64,000 nucleotides of DNA from Alphaproteobacteria bacterium (GTDB lineage: Bacteria; Pseudomonadota; Alphaproteobacteria; Bin95). The stretch spans positions 5,088,001 to 5,152,000 of the forward strand of contig CBDBGH010000003.1 of the NCBI GenBank assembly GCA_965205265.1. The letters are read 5' to 3'. Positions 45,971-55,837 of this stretch are shown piece by piece (the first letter of the stretch is position 1; each line of letters opens with the position of its first letter). The notes beneath the pieces are model-generated. The model was not told where the DNA came from and did no database searches. It saw nothing but the letters and a program-made list of their open reading frames with translations. The position numbers and the translations under genes were made by a program.

Positions 45971-46207
45971 ATGTCGTTCGTTCCCGTGGTCGATCTGACG
46001 GATCCCGCATGCGAACCCTCCGATGCGGAGCTGGAAGCCCTGATGCAGTCGGTGTGCGACGGGGTGATCGAGCGCGATATCCGGACCCAGGAACGTTTCG
46101 AGGCGAGCCTGGCCGACAGCATTGCACAGGCCGCACGGGGCGGGACGGCATGGGGCCCGCCCGCCGACCAGGCTGAAGAGGAAGCGGCCGGCACGTTCGA
46201 GCCGTGA
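45971..46207 (+). CDS. Small protein upstream of the zeta-like ATPase, putative antitoxin
   Basis: EPSDAELEALM motif; two-gene arrangement. Confidence 0.6.
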   Translation: MSFVPVVDLTDPACEPSDAELEALMQSVCDGVIERDIRTQERFEASLADSIAQAARGGTAWGPPADQAEEEAAGTFEP

Positions 46208-46217
46208 CGGCGGACCG

Positions 46218-46835
46218 ATGCGTCCCGTGCTCATTGTCGTGGCCGGGCCCAACGGTTCCGGGAAGACGTCCCTGACACGGGATATCCTAGCGCATCGCTG
46301 GATCGAGGGGTGCCACTACATCAACCCCGACGACATCGCGCAGCACCGTTTCGGCGACTGGAACGATGCCGATGCGATCCGCAAGGCGGCAAGGGAAGCG
46401 TCGAGGCAGCGTTACGACTGTCTTGCGCAACGCATGTCCTGCGCCTTCGAGACGGTGTTCTCGAGCCCGGAGAAACTGGAATTCCTTCACAGGGCGAAAG
46501 ACGCCGGCTTCTTCGTCAGGATGTTCTTCGTCGGCACGGACGGGCCTGAGATCAATGCCATGCGCGTCGCCCGCCGCGTCATGGGAGGCGGTCACGATGT
46601 GCCGATCCGGAAGATCATCGACCGCTTCAACAGGTCCATGGCCAACCTGGCGGCGGCAGTCCCCCTCTGCGACCGGGTTTACGTCTATGACAATTCGGTT
46701 GACCGCCGGAATGCGGCATTGCAGTTCCGGACAGTCGACGGTCTTGTCGAGAAGACCTACGGCACAGGTCATGCATGGGCGGAGCGGGTCCGGCAGGGGC
46801 TGGTCAACGCCCCCCTGAGCCAGCCCGGACGGTAG
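46218..46835 (+). CDS. Zeta-toxin-like P-loop ATPase
   Basis: VAGPNGSGKT, INPDDIA, FETVFS, RV..GGHDVP, VYDNS. Confidence 0.9.
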   Translation: MRPVLIVVAGPNGSGKTSLTRDILAHRWIEGCHYINPDDIAQHRFGDWNDADAIRKAAREASRQRYDCLAQRMSCAFETVFSSPEKLEFLHRAKDAGFFVRMFFVGTDGPEINAMRVARRVMGGGHDVPIRKIIDRFNRSMANLAAAVPLCDRVYVYDNSVDRRNAALQFRTVDGLVEKTYGTGHAWAERVRQGLVNAPLSQPGR

Positions 46836-46864
46836 GCGTCCACCTTGCCGGGCCGGCGTCGCGC

Positions 46865-47560
46865 TCAGCCGGCCCTTGCGTCCGCAGCTTCGTCCGCGTC
46901 CTGCCGGTGTTGCCGGGACGGCCGGTCCGCGTCGGCGGTGGGAAACCGCCGGCGGCTGCGGTCAGGCGGCGGGGCGACGGAGATCGTCGCGAAGGCGCAG
47001 ACGGCCAGTACCAGGCAGAACAGCCCGGTGATGGCGCGCGTGCCGAAGCCGGGAATGAGCACGAAAACCGTGACCAGCGTGCCGAGCACGTTACCCATGG
47101 TGGAGACCGCATAGACCGTGCCTGTCGTGCGTCCGCCGCGCTCGAGATCGGAGAGCAGGAGGCGTACGAAAAAGGGCGAGAGAGCGGCGAACAGAAATAC
47201 CGGCACGAAGGTGAGCGCCATGGCGGCCGTCATGGTTCCGGCGAACCCGAACCCGATAGCCGCCATGATGGCCTCCAGCGCCCGATCGGCAAAGAGCAGC
47301 ACGGCGAGCAGCCAGAGGCTGACGGCGCAGAGAATGAAGCAGATTACCGACAGATGCTGCGTGCGGTCGGCGAGGACGCCGCCGGCGGCATATCCGGCCG
47401 CCATCGCCAGAAGCACCACCGATATCAGGCAGGCCCAGCTGGTTATGCCGCCGCCGAACCAGGGGTTCAGGTAGCGGCTGCCGAGCATCTCGAAGCCCAT
47501 GAGGGCAAAGCCGCACAGAAAGATGAGGAGGAACAGGAACAGACGCATTGCCGTCGTCAT
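46865..47560 (-). CDS. Membrane subunit of the fused MFS/spermidine-synthase family
   Basis: EMLGSRYLNPWFGG..SW, GTVYAVSTMGNVLGT. Confidence 0.85.
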   Translation of the reverse strand: MTTAMRLFLFLLIFLCGFALMGFEMLGSRYLNPWFGGGITSWACLISVVLLAMAAGYAAGGVLADRTQHLSVICFILCAVSLWLLAVLLFADRALEAIMAAIGFGFAGTMTAAMALTFVPVFLFAALSPFFVRLLLSDLERGGRTTGTVYAVSTMGNVLGTLVTVFVLIPGFGTRAITGLFCLVLAVCAFATISVAPPPDRSRRRFPTADADRPSRQHRQDADEAADARAG

Positions 47561-48510
47561 TGCCGCGGCTCCGGGAGTGCCATCGGCTCCAGGCCGCGAT
47601 TGTGGCGCTCGGTCGCCCGCAGCAGCTCGACCGGGGCGAAGTCGTCGGTCAGCGGTCTCGTGTCCGGCAGCTGTTTCAGCGGTCTCGCCTCCCGGACCAT
47701 TTCGGCAAGCGGATAGCGGAACCCGTGGGCGGCGTCCAGGCGCCGGGCGCTGGCCAGCAGGGCCTCGAAGGACCGCCGGGGCCCTTCATAACCAACCATC
47801 ACGATATTGCCGTCGGCCTCGTAGAGATCGAGATGGTCGAATACCGAGGCCATGGTGGCGACGGCGGCGTCGAACATCATCGTCGAGGGCGCCACGTTCT
47901 GGACCGCGGCCCCGGCCGGCGCCAGTCGCGCCTTGACCAGCTCGTAGAATTCCTTCGTGAGAAGGTGGAACGGCACGGAGGGGCCCCTGTAGGCGTCGAT
48001 GGCGATGACCGGCCAGGTTTGGCCGTCGCGGCGCTGCAGCCAGCGCCGCCCGTCATCGATCTCGACCCGGAACCCCGGTTCCGGACGCACGCCGAAATGG
48101 AGCTTCGCGAGTTCGAACACTTCCGGGTCCAGTTCGACCGAGGTGATGTCCATGGCCGGAACCGAACGATGGAGATACCAGGTCGTTCGGCCGCCGCCGA
48201 AACCGATCTCGAGGAAGCGGTCGGTGTTCCCGGCATAGGCCAGGGCGGCGGTCATGTAGCGCGAGTAGGGCGAGGGCAGGGCGAGTTCGTCCCTGGTGTC
48301 GTATTCGGTCTCGGTGAACAGGTCGCGGTTGTGGCCGAAGGTCATCACGACCATCGGCCCCTGCCGGATGACATAGATGTCGTTGTACACGGATTCACGC
48401 CGGTCGATTACGTCGGGATGGATTGCGAACGACCTGACCTCCAGATACGCGAATGCGCCAAGGATGGCGATCAGGGTGAAGGATGCCGCGATGATCGGGA
48501 GTCTGGACAT
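47557..48510 (-). CDS. Spermidine-synthase-like SAM-dependent transferase
   Basis: EIGFGGG, VELDPEV, DDGR, IDAY...PFHLLTKEF. Confidence 0.88.
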   Translation of the reverse strand: MSRLPIIAASFTLIAILGAFAYLEVRSFAIHPDVIDRRESVYNDIYVIRQGPMVVMTFGHNRDLFTETEYDTRDELALPSPYSRYMTAALAYAGNTDRFLEIGFGGGRTTWYLHRSVPAMDITSVELDPEVFELAKLHFGVRPEPGFRVEIDDGRRWLQRRDGQTWPVIAIDAYRGPSVPFHLLTKEFYELVKARLAPAGAAVQNVAPSTMMFDAAVATMASVFDHLDLYEADGNIVMVGYEGPRRSFEALLASARRLDAAHGFRYPLAEMVREARPLKQLPDTRPLTDDFAPVELLRATERHNRGLEPMALPEPRQ

Positions 48511-49137
48511 GGGGGCGTTCCGCGACTCACGCCCGGCCGGCGGGAGCGGGGTGCTGGTCGTCATCGACGGGGTGCGGCACGGCACCTGCCCCGGGAGCAC
48601 GGTGCCGCCTTCATGCCATTGCGTCTATTTCTGCGCGGCTGGCTCCGACGGCCACGGAATGGCCGAATGATCCGGAGGCCGGGCCGCCAGACCGGGACGC
48701 ATGGCGGGCGTCAAGGGAAGACTTGGCACGAGCATGGCGCATTTCCTCGACTTCCTTCCAAGTCCGACGGCATGGCGTTATCATAATCGGATTGCCACGG
48801 CAATCAACAAAGGATAGAACCTCCATGAAATACGGTCTTGCGCAGGGGCTTGCGCGGCCGCATGATCGGAAACGGTTCGTCCTGCCGCGGATTCCGGTCG
48901 GTGGCGGACTCTCCTTGCCGGTGCCGGCCGCTGTTTGTCATTGTCGGGTTCGTCTGCCGTCGCTGTCGGAGCGTTCCGGATACAGCAGGCCAGGACATGT
49001 CCGTCGGTCCGGGACGAACACAGAACCTCCTGCGGATTTGTTCGTGACGGTCGCCGACGCCGTCCAACACGCGCGAGGGTTCGCGCGGGAGAGACAATTC
49101 GCAAGGCTCTCAAAACGGGTTGGCAAGGGGGGAGGGA

Positions 49138-49290
49138 CTCATCCCGTGCGCGGGCGCACATTGAAGGATCATCATCGCTCCTCGTTCCACGACCTCGACG
49201 ACGCTCATCCCGTGCGCGGGCGCCATTGAAGGTCGTTTCGAAGGGTTATGGCGCTCGCCGAAAGCCAGGGCCGCGTGCACACATTGAAGG
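49138..49290 (+). CRISPR. Orphan CRISPR-like mini-array: 2 repeats plus 1 degenerate, 2 spacers
   Basis: CTCATCCCGTGCGCGGGCGCACATTGAAGG at 49138-49167 and 49204-49232 (1-nt deletion); degenerate copy ends at 49290. Confidence 0.65.
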
Positions 49291-49514
49291 GACCTGATCG
49301 CCGGGACCTTGACGGGGCGAATTATGGGAAGCGCCTTCTTGCCCTCCCCATGCCGTGATCCGTTTCAGGGACGCTGCCATGACAGAGGCGACGGGCAGGA
49401 CCGTTGCCCTTCCTTCCTTTGAGACCATAAGCATCATCCTGGACCGCACTGACACCTGGGGGACTCCCCGGGACTCCCCGGGCTTGTGCGGCCACGATCT
49501 GCTGATTATAATGA

Positions 49515-49542
49515 CAATCCGATTGTTTCGGCAATCGGATGC
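49515..49542. promoter_or_regulatory. Tandem two-box motif upstream of the recQ operon
   Basis: CAATCCGATTG-TTTCGG-CAATCGGATGC. Confidence 0.6.
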
Positions 49543-49570
49543 CATCATGACCCTTACCCGGAACGGGTCG

Positions 49571-49876
49571 ATGTCAGGACAGCATTCCCGAAAACGCAGA
49601 CTCAGCTTGCGGCAGGTGTTCGAGACAGGGCCCAGGGGCCCGCTCTATGTCGGGACCTTCTTCAGTCCCTATGAGTTGAAAGCCGTCCGGGATTTCGGTC
49701 CCGTCTGCGTGATCGTGACCGGCGGTGGCGGCATCGAGCCCATGCGCTGGACCGCGGACTGGTCCGAGCCGGCGTTCCGGGACTATCGCGAGGCGGAACG
49801 CCGCGCGCGCAAGTCCGGTTGGGACGGCCGGCTCCGTCGCAGCGGCTCGGCCATCGGGGCGGGGCGGAACGCATGA
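49571..49876 (+). CDS. Hypothetical protein
   Basis: MSGQHSRKRR...; ATGA-coupled to recQ. Confidence 0.6.
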   Translation: MSGQHSRKRRLSLRQVFETGPRGPLYVGTFFSPYELKAVRDFGPVCVIVTGGGGIEPMRWTADWSEPAFRDYREAERRARKSGWDGRLRRSGSAIGAGRNA

Positions 49877-51714
49877 GCCCCAACGCGACCATGGATGACG
49901 CGCGCCGGATACTCCGGAGCGTCTTCGGCTTCGAGAGCTTCCGGCCGGGCCAGGAGGCCGTCATCGGGACGCTGCTCGCCGGGCGCAGCGTGTTGACGGT
50001 AATGCCCACGGGCTCGGGAAAGTCCCTCTGCTTCCAGATACCCGCTCTTCTTCTGGACGGCCTGACCGTCATAGTGTCGCCGCTGGTGGCATTGATGCAG
50101 GATCAGGTGGCGGCCCTGAACATGGCCGGAGCGCTGGCGGAGGCCATCCACTCGGGAAACGGACGCGAGGCCAATGTGGCCGCCTGGCGGCGTGTGGCCG
50201 CGGGCCGGGCAAGGCTGCTCTACATGGCGCCGGAGCGCCTGATGACCGAACGCATGCTGGAGGCGCTCGGGCGCCTTCCCGTGCGGATGTTCGTGGTCGA
50301 CGAAGCCCATTGCATGTCGCAATGGGGGCCCGCTTTCCGCCCCGAATATGCGGGTCTGGCGCGTCTGCGCGCGCTGTTCCCCATGGTCCCGGTCGCCGCC
50401 CTTACAGCGACCGCCGACGAGGTCACGCGCCGCGATATCGTGCAAACCCTGTTCGACGGGCGTGTCGAGGAGCATGTGCTCGGGTTCGATCGGCCCAATA
50501 TCTCCCTGGCGGTCGAGGCGAAGAAGGACTGGAAACGCCAGGTATCGGCCTTCGTGGACCGCCACAGGGGCGAGAGCGGTATCGTGTACTGCCTCTCCCG
50601 GCGCAAGACCGGGGAGACCGCCGCGATGCTCGCGCGCCAGGGCGTGCGCGCGCTCGCCTATCACGCCGGCATGCCGGCCGCGGAGCGCGAGGCCAACCAG
50701 AACATCTTCATGACGGAACCCGGCGTGGTGATGGCAGCGACCATCGCCTTCGGAATGGGCATCGACAAGGCGGATGTGCGTTTCGTGCTTCATGCCGACC
50801 TGCCGGGCAGCGTGGAAGCCTATTACCAGGAGATCGGGAGAGCCGGACGGGACGGGGCGCCTGCCGAGGCCCACATGCTCTACGGGCTGCCCGACATTCG
50901 CATGCGCCGGCAGTTCATCGAGCGCGAGGACGCCGGCGAGGACCGTCGCCGCCGCGAGACGGCCCGTCTCGATGCGCTGGTAGGCTATTGCGAGGCCCCG
51001 ACCTGCCGGCGCACGGTGCTGCTGTCCTGGTTCGGCGAACACAGCGTGGCCTGCGGCAACTGCGACGTATGCCGCGACCCGTCCGGGCTGGTGGAGGGGA
51101 CCGCCGAGGCCCGCACGATCATCCAGGCCGCGCTGCAGACCGGCAACCGGTTCGGTGCGGTTCACCTGATCGATGTCGTTCGCGGAGCCGGAACGGAGAA
51201 GGTTCGCAGGCTCGGCCATGACAACCGGGCCGTTTTCGGGACCGGGGCGCGGCGCGGCGCGGACAGCTGGCGTTCCGTGGTTAGGCAGATGGTGGCCGCC
51301 GGTCATCTCGACATCGACATCGCCGGACACGGAGGCATGACCGTCACGGAGTCGGGCATGGCGCTGCTGAACGGCGATGCCCGGTTCATGTTCCGGGAGG
51401 ACGGCGTCCTGGCGGCTCCCTCCGCCTCCCGGCCTCGGCGCGAGGGCCGGAAAGCGGCCGAGCAGGACCTCGACGATGCCGATGCTGCGCTGCTCGGCGC
51501 GCTGAAGAAACTGCGCCTGGAGATTGCCCGGGAGATGCGGAAACCTGCTTTCGTGGTGTTCCCGGACCGCAGCCTCATCGACATGGCGAGGCGCCGTCCC
51601 CGGACCCGGGAGGAATTCGCTCTCGTTTCCGGCGTGGGAGACGCCAAACTCAGGCGTTTCGCGGGACCGTTCCTCGCCGCCATCGACGAGGCCCTGACGC
51701 ACGCCCCGGACTGA
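49873..51714 (+). CDS. recQ: RecQ DNA helicase
   Basis: MPTGSGKSLC, DEAHCMSQWG, YYQEIGRAGRDG, Zn motif CGNCDVC, RQC and HRDC domains. Confidence 0.96.
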   Translation: MSPNATMDDARRILRSVFGFESFRPGQEAVIGTLLAGRSVLTVMPTGSGKSLCFQIPALLLDGLTVIVSPLVALMQDQVAALNMAGALAEAIHSGNGREANVAAWRRVAAGRARLLYMAPERLMTERMLEALGRLPVRMFVVDEAHCMSQWGPAFRPEYAGLARLRALFPMVPVAALTATADEVTRRDIVQTLFDGRVEEHVLGFDRPNISLAVEAKKDWKRQVSAFVDRHRGESGIVYCLSRRKTGETAAMLARQGVRALAYHAGMPAAEREANQNIFMTEPGVVMAATIAFGMGIDKADVRFVLHADLPGSVEAYYQEIGRAGRDGAPAEAHMLYGLPDIRMRRQFIEREDAGEDRRRRETARLDALVGYCEAPTCRRTVLLSWFGEHSVACGNCDVCRDPSGLVEGTAEARTIIQAALQTGNRFGAVHLIDVVRGAGTEKVRRLGHDNRAVFGTGARRGADSWRSVVRQMVAAGHLDIDIAGHGGMTVTESGMALLNGDARFMFREDGVLAAPSASRPRREGRKAAEQDLDDADAALLGALKKLRLEIAREMRKPAFVVFPDRSLIDMARRRPRTREEFALVSGVGDAKLRRFAGPFLAAIDEALTHAPD

Positions 51715-51743
51715 CCGGGCACCGGGCCGGCGGTGGCATGTCT

Positions 51744-53300
51744 TCAGGCTTCCGAGCGGCCGGTCGATGTCCGCCCGACACGGCCCGCCGAAGCCTCCTC
51801 AACGCTCGGCAGGGCAGTTGCAGCGGTCCCGGCGAGCGACGTCATGTGGGTATTGGGGGACTCTTCGCGTCGCCGACCGCCGTCCGGCGGAACAAGCAAT
51901 GCCGACCTCATCGTAGCCTGGTCGTCTTTCCCGATCCCTGTCGTTCCGAAAGGCCCGCTTTCCGGCGTGGCATACAACCCGTCGCCGATGCGCAGCACGG
52001 CATGACTCTCGCCCGACGGGGTCTCCAGGCAGACCACCGCCAGCCCGCCGTTGTCGCAGTGGGCGTCGACCTCCGCAGGCTCCTGCGAATAGACCGCCGG
52101 TATGTCCAGCAGGTCGAACATTGCCTTCGCCTCGGACATCCGCACGGCACCGGCATTGTTCGACTGATGCCATTTCCCGCCCGTGGCGGCTTCCCACAAT
52201 GCCTCCAGCCAGTCGCGACGATGCCGCATAAGAGCCCAGCCGATACAGGTCAGGCCGCTATCGGCATCCAGGCTGTCGGCTGTCCCGGGATCCAGATGAA
52301 GCGCATCGGGCCGGATATCCACCTTGATCGTCCAGTCGGCCCGGCCGCGATAGCTCGCACGGCCCAAGGTGACCTGTTCAATGGCGGAGGAAGTATCTGC
52401 ATCGTCCGGGCTGAAGGCGGCGCCTTCGCCGCAAGCGGCCAAGGCGGGAAGGGAAGACGACCGGAGGCTGCACAGATGGTGCAGCACCGCCTCCGCCTCG
52501 TCTTCCGTCAGCATCCGCTGCATCCTGGCCGAGCGCGGGCGCCCGTCCTTGCCGGCAAGGAGGACCTGGCGGTCCTGGGAGTGGGCCCGGGCGCCCGTCA
52601 TCCAGCCCGTGCCGCTGGCGGAAAAACACTCCGTGTTGAGCATCTCGACAAGCTGGCGCCCGCGCTCGGCCAGTTCATGCTGTCTGGCGGCCAGACGCGC
52701 CGTCCAGCTGTCACCCGGCGCCCGAAGCGAGTCCGGATGCACGGTTTCGGACGGGCGGGCAAGCCAGAGGAACCTGAACGGCGACTGAACGGGCAGCAGG
52801 CGCTGCTCCAACCCGGTGCTCAGAACCACGCGCAGCCACGGGAATTTGTCCACCGTCCTCAGGATCCGGTTCAGATCGAACAGTTCGGTAGGGTGCCTTA
52901 TGTGCAGAAGCAGACGGACCGTCGTCGGCCTTTCCCGGAATGCCGCGGCCAGAGACCGGTTGACCGCCGTAACCGTCGCGGTGACCGGGCCATCCCGATA
53001 GTCGGAATGGCGGTTCTCGCCCAGAAGAGTCAGCGCAAGGCTGCCCAGGCAGTCTTTCAGGTCCTGCCTTGTCGAGATATCGGCCCAATAGACAGGGCTG
53101 CCGTCAAGCCCCGACAGGATGTGGCAGACCGTCCTTGCCGTTTCCCGTCTGGTCTCATGGCTGTCCGCATCGGGATCGTGCAACATAAGGTGCCAGGAAC
53201 CGTTGAAGCCGACATCGGAGCCGTTGCAGAGACCTGCAATGGATTCGACGGTTACGGCGTTGAGCCGCATGCGGTTGAACGGGTCATGTCCGCGCTTCAT
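51744..53300 (-). CDS. Hypothetical protein
   Basis: Long ORF from MKRGHDPF with RBS GGGAGGAG; no family recognised. Confidence 0.6.
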   Translation of the reverse strand: MKRGHDPFNRMRLNAVTVESIAGLCNGSDVGFNGSWHLMLHDPDADSHETRRETARTVCHILSGLDGSPVYWADISTRQDLKDCLGSLALTLLGENRHSDYRDGPVTATVTAVNRSLAAAFRERPTTVRLLLHIRHPTELFDLNRILRTVDKFPWLRVVLSTGLEQRLLPVQSPFRFLWLARPSETVHPDSLRAPGDSWTARLAARQHELAERGRQLVEMLNTECFSASGTGWMTGARAHSQDRQVLLAGKDGRPRSARMQRMLTEDEAEAVLHHLCSLRSSSLPALAACGEGAAFSPDDADTSSAIEQVTLGRASYRGRADWTIKVDIRPDALHLDPGTADSLDADSGLTCIGWALMRHRRDWLEALWEAATGGKWHQSNNAGAVRMSEAKAMFDLLDIPAVYSQEPAEVDAHCDNGGLAVVCLETPSGESHAVLRIGDGLYATPESGPFGTTGIGKDDQATMRSALLVPPDGGRRREESPNTHMTSLAGTAATALPSVEEASAGRVGRTSTGRSEA

Positions 53301-53690
53301 ATGTCTCCTCCCTGCGTTACGGCTTTGCGGTTTCCCGGCGCAGGACGAACGGGAAGCCTTCCTGACGGGCGGCTGGAGAAATGCCAACATAAGGGCGAAG
53401 CGGGGGCCGGCAAGCCAATGTCTCCCGGCCTGTATGCCGGGCCCCGTTGTCCCCTGGCGCCGCCGGAACCGCATGACACGGCGCGGGACATTGCGGGATA
53501 GACGGACGCCGCAGGCCGGAGGTGAAAAAAATTCCGAAGGCCACGCAGTTGTGGTGCGTGCTGGCCTGGGGCGGACGAGCCCGGTCCGGATAGTCGCGCC
53601 CAACGGATACATTTGGATTTTTCAGGCGATCCGGGAATACTGGTCCGGGCCGCCGCACAGTCTCATGGAGCCGATCGGGGTCGACGCAGA

Positions 53691-54518
53691 ATGATCGACA
53701 TGTTCCATATCTCCGCAGAGGAACTGCTTTCGTACATCGCCGCAGGCGGCGACCCCGATGCCGCTTCGGGTGAGGAGGGATGGAGGCCGCTGCATGCCGC
53801 TGCGCGGGATGGCGCGCTCCATGCGGTGCAACTGCTGCTCGAAAGGGGCGCCTGCGTCAACGGGCGGGCCGCCACGGAGGAAACGCCGCTCCATATCGCA
53901 GCGCTGTTCGGTCACGAACGCACCGTCCGGCTTCTGCTTGAAGCGGGAGCGGAACTGGAGGCGCGCGATGAATGGCGTCATACCCCCCTTTACAAGGCCG
54001 CCTGGGGAGGTGGAACCCTGGGGCGAATGAACCCGGGCACCAGCGCGACCGCGACGATGAAGCGCCTTATGGCCAGCGGCGCCGATGTGACAGTGAAGGA
54101 CTACCGGGAACGGACGCCGTTGCATGCGGCGGCATGGTCGGGAAAGCCGAACCGGCTGCGCCTTCTTCTCGCCGCGGGCGCAGACGCGTCGGCGCTTTCA
54201 TGCGACTATCGCACGCCGCTTCATCATGCAGCCGGACAGGGCAGCCGCGAGAGCCTTCGGCTTCTTCTCGACGCAGGCGCGAACCTGGCCGCAACCGACA
54301 TCGAGGGACGGACGGCGCTGCACTATGCTGCCTGCGCCGAAAAGCCCGTCCATGGCCTTCGGTTCCTTCTGGATCGGGGTGCCGACCCCGAGGTGCGCGC
54401 CCATGACGGCCGCACCGCCCTCGACGATGCCGAATACGAGAATCGCGAAGGCGCGGGCGTCTGCGTGCTGCGGGAATGGATGGAGGCCGTGCGTGGCGAC
54501 ACCCCTTCACCCGCCTGA
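53691..54518 (+). CDS. Ankyrin-repeat protein
   Basis: Multiple TPLHxAA repeats. Confidence 0.93.
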   Translation: MIDMFHISAEELLSYIAAGGDPDAASGEEGWRPLHAAARDGALHAVQLLLERGACVNGRAATEETPLHIAALFGHERTVRLLLEAGAELEARDEWRHTPLYKAAWGGGTLGRMNPGTSATATMKRLMASGADVTVKDYRERTPLHAAAWSGKPNRLRLLLAAGADASALSCDYRTPLHHAAGQGSRESLRLLLDAGANLAATDIEGRTALHYAACAEKPVHGLRFLLDRGADPEVRAHDGRTALDDAEYENREGAGVCVLREWMEAVRGDTPSPA

Positions 54519-54592
54519 TGCAGGACGGGTGCGATATGCGCGCCCATTCAGCCATGAAAAGTTCCAGGACGGGATTCAACCGGGAGATATCG

Positions 54593-55798
54593 ATGCCGGA
54601 TTCCGATGACGGGACGGTGCAGACCCCCGGCGACAGGACGGCCGCCGGTCTGGCCAGACGGGGCTGGGCGCCGCTGCACCTTGCCGCCGCCCAGGGCCTG
54701 CACCGACAGGTACTTGCCCTGCTCCATGAAGCGCGGGAGGACCTGGACCGGGGCAATGACGACGGACACACCCCGCTGCATCTGGCGCTCCTGTCCGGTT
54801 CCGAGCCGACGGTCCGTCATCTGCTGGAGGCGGAAGCCGGGGTTCATGTGCGCAACGGCGATGGCTGGACCCCGCTTCACACGGCGGCCTGGCTGGGCGT
54901 GCCGGCCAATGTAGCGGCCCTGCTTGCCCACAAGGCCGACCCGGAAGCCGCAACGAAAGACGGGTTCAGGCCGCTGCATCTCGCGGCCCGGGCCGGCAAC
55001 CCGGAAGCGCTTGCAATTCTGCTGGACGGATGGTGGGGCGACAGGGATATCGCCGCTCCCAACAACGAGGGCAGGGCGGCCCTGCACCTGGCGGCCTGTT
55101 CCGAAAGCGCCGAGTGCGTGGCACGCCTCGTCAGCGCCGGGGCCGATCCGAACGCGCCGGACAGCGAAGGCTTGACGCCGCTTCTGTGGGCGGTGATGAC
55201 CGGGCGCCCGGACAATGTGCACGTCCTTCTGGAGGCCGGCGCCGATCCCGACCTTCCGGACGAGAACGGGGGCGCCCCGCCGCTTCTGAAGGCGGCCCGC
55301 CTTCCCGATCCGGCCATCGTCCGCCAGCTGCTCGCCGCCGGGGCCGATCCGAACGGGCGGACCCAGGACGGTTGGACCGTTCTCCACGCGGCATCCGGGA
55401 ACGTGCCGCCCGAGCATTGCGAGCGGTCCGGGGAGGTCGTCCGGATGCTCATTGCGGCCGGCGCGGATCCCGGACGCCCGGGCAGAGGCGCATGGACGGC
55501 CTTGCATCAGGCCGCCGCGGAGTTCAATGCGGGCGCCGCGCGGGCCCTTCTCGAAGGAGGGGTTCCCGTCGAGGCGCGCAGCGCCGGGGGCGATACCGCT
55601 CTTCACCTGGCGGCGTGGCACGGGGCACGGGACGTCGTGGCGTGCCTTCTTGAGGCAGGGGCCGATGTGTCCGCGAAGGGCCGTGACGGTGCAACGGCGC
55701 TCGAAACGGCCCGGGAACACGGCCTCGACGATATCGTCGAGATTCTCGAAGCCGGCGCGGGCGCCCCCGCGGATACGATCACGGGCCCGCCCGTCTGA
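54593..55798 (+). CDS. Ankyrin-repeat protein
   Basis: About 11 ankyrin repeats. Confidence 0.93.
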   Translation: MPDSDDGTVQTPGDRTAAGLARRGWAPLHLAAAQGLHRQVLALLHEAREDLDRGNDDGHTPLHLALLSGSEPTVRHLLEAEAGVHVRNGDGWTPLHTAAWLGVPANVAALLAHKADPEAATKDGFRPLHLAARAGNPEALAILLDGWWGDRDIAAPNNEGRAALHLAACSESAECVARLVSAGADPNAPDSEGLTPLLWAVMTGRPDNVHVLLEAGADPDLPDENGGAPPLLKAARLPDPAIVRQLLAAGADPNGRTQDGWTVLHAASGNVPPEHCERSGEVVRMLIAAGADPGRPGRGAWTALHQAAAEFNAGAARALLEGGVPVEARSAGGDTALHLAAWHGARDVVACLLEAGADVSAKGRDGATALETAREHGLDDIVEILEAGAGAPADTITGPPV

Positions 55799-55837
55799 GC
55801 GCGCAGGGTCGAGACGCACGAAGAGGAGGGGTTTGCG

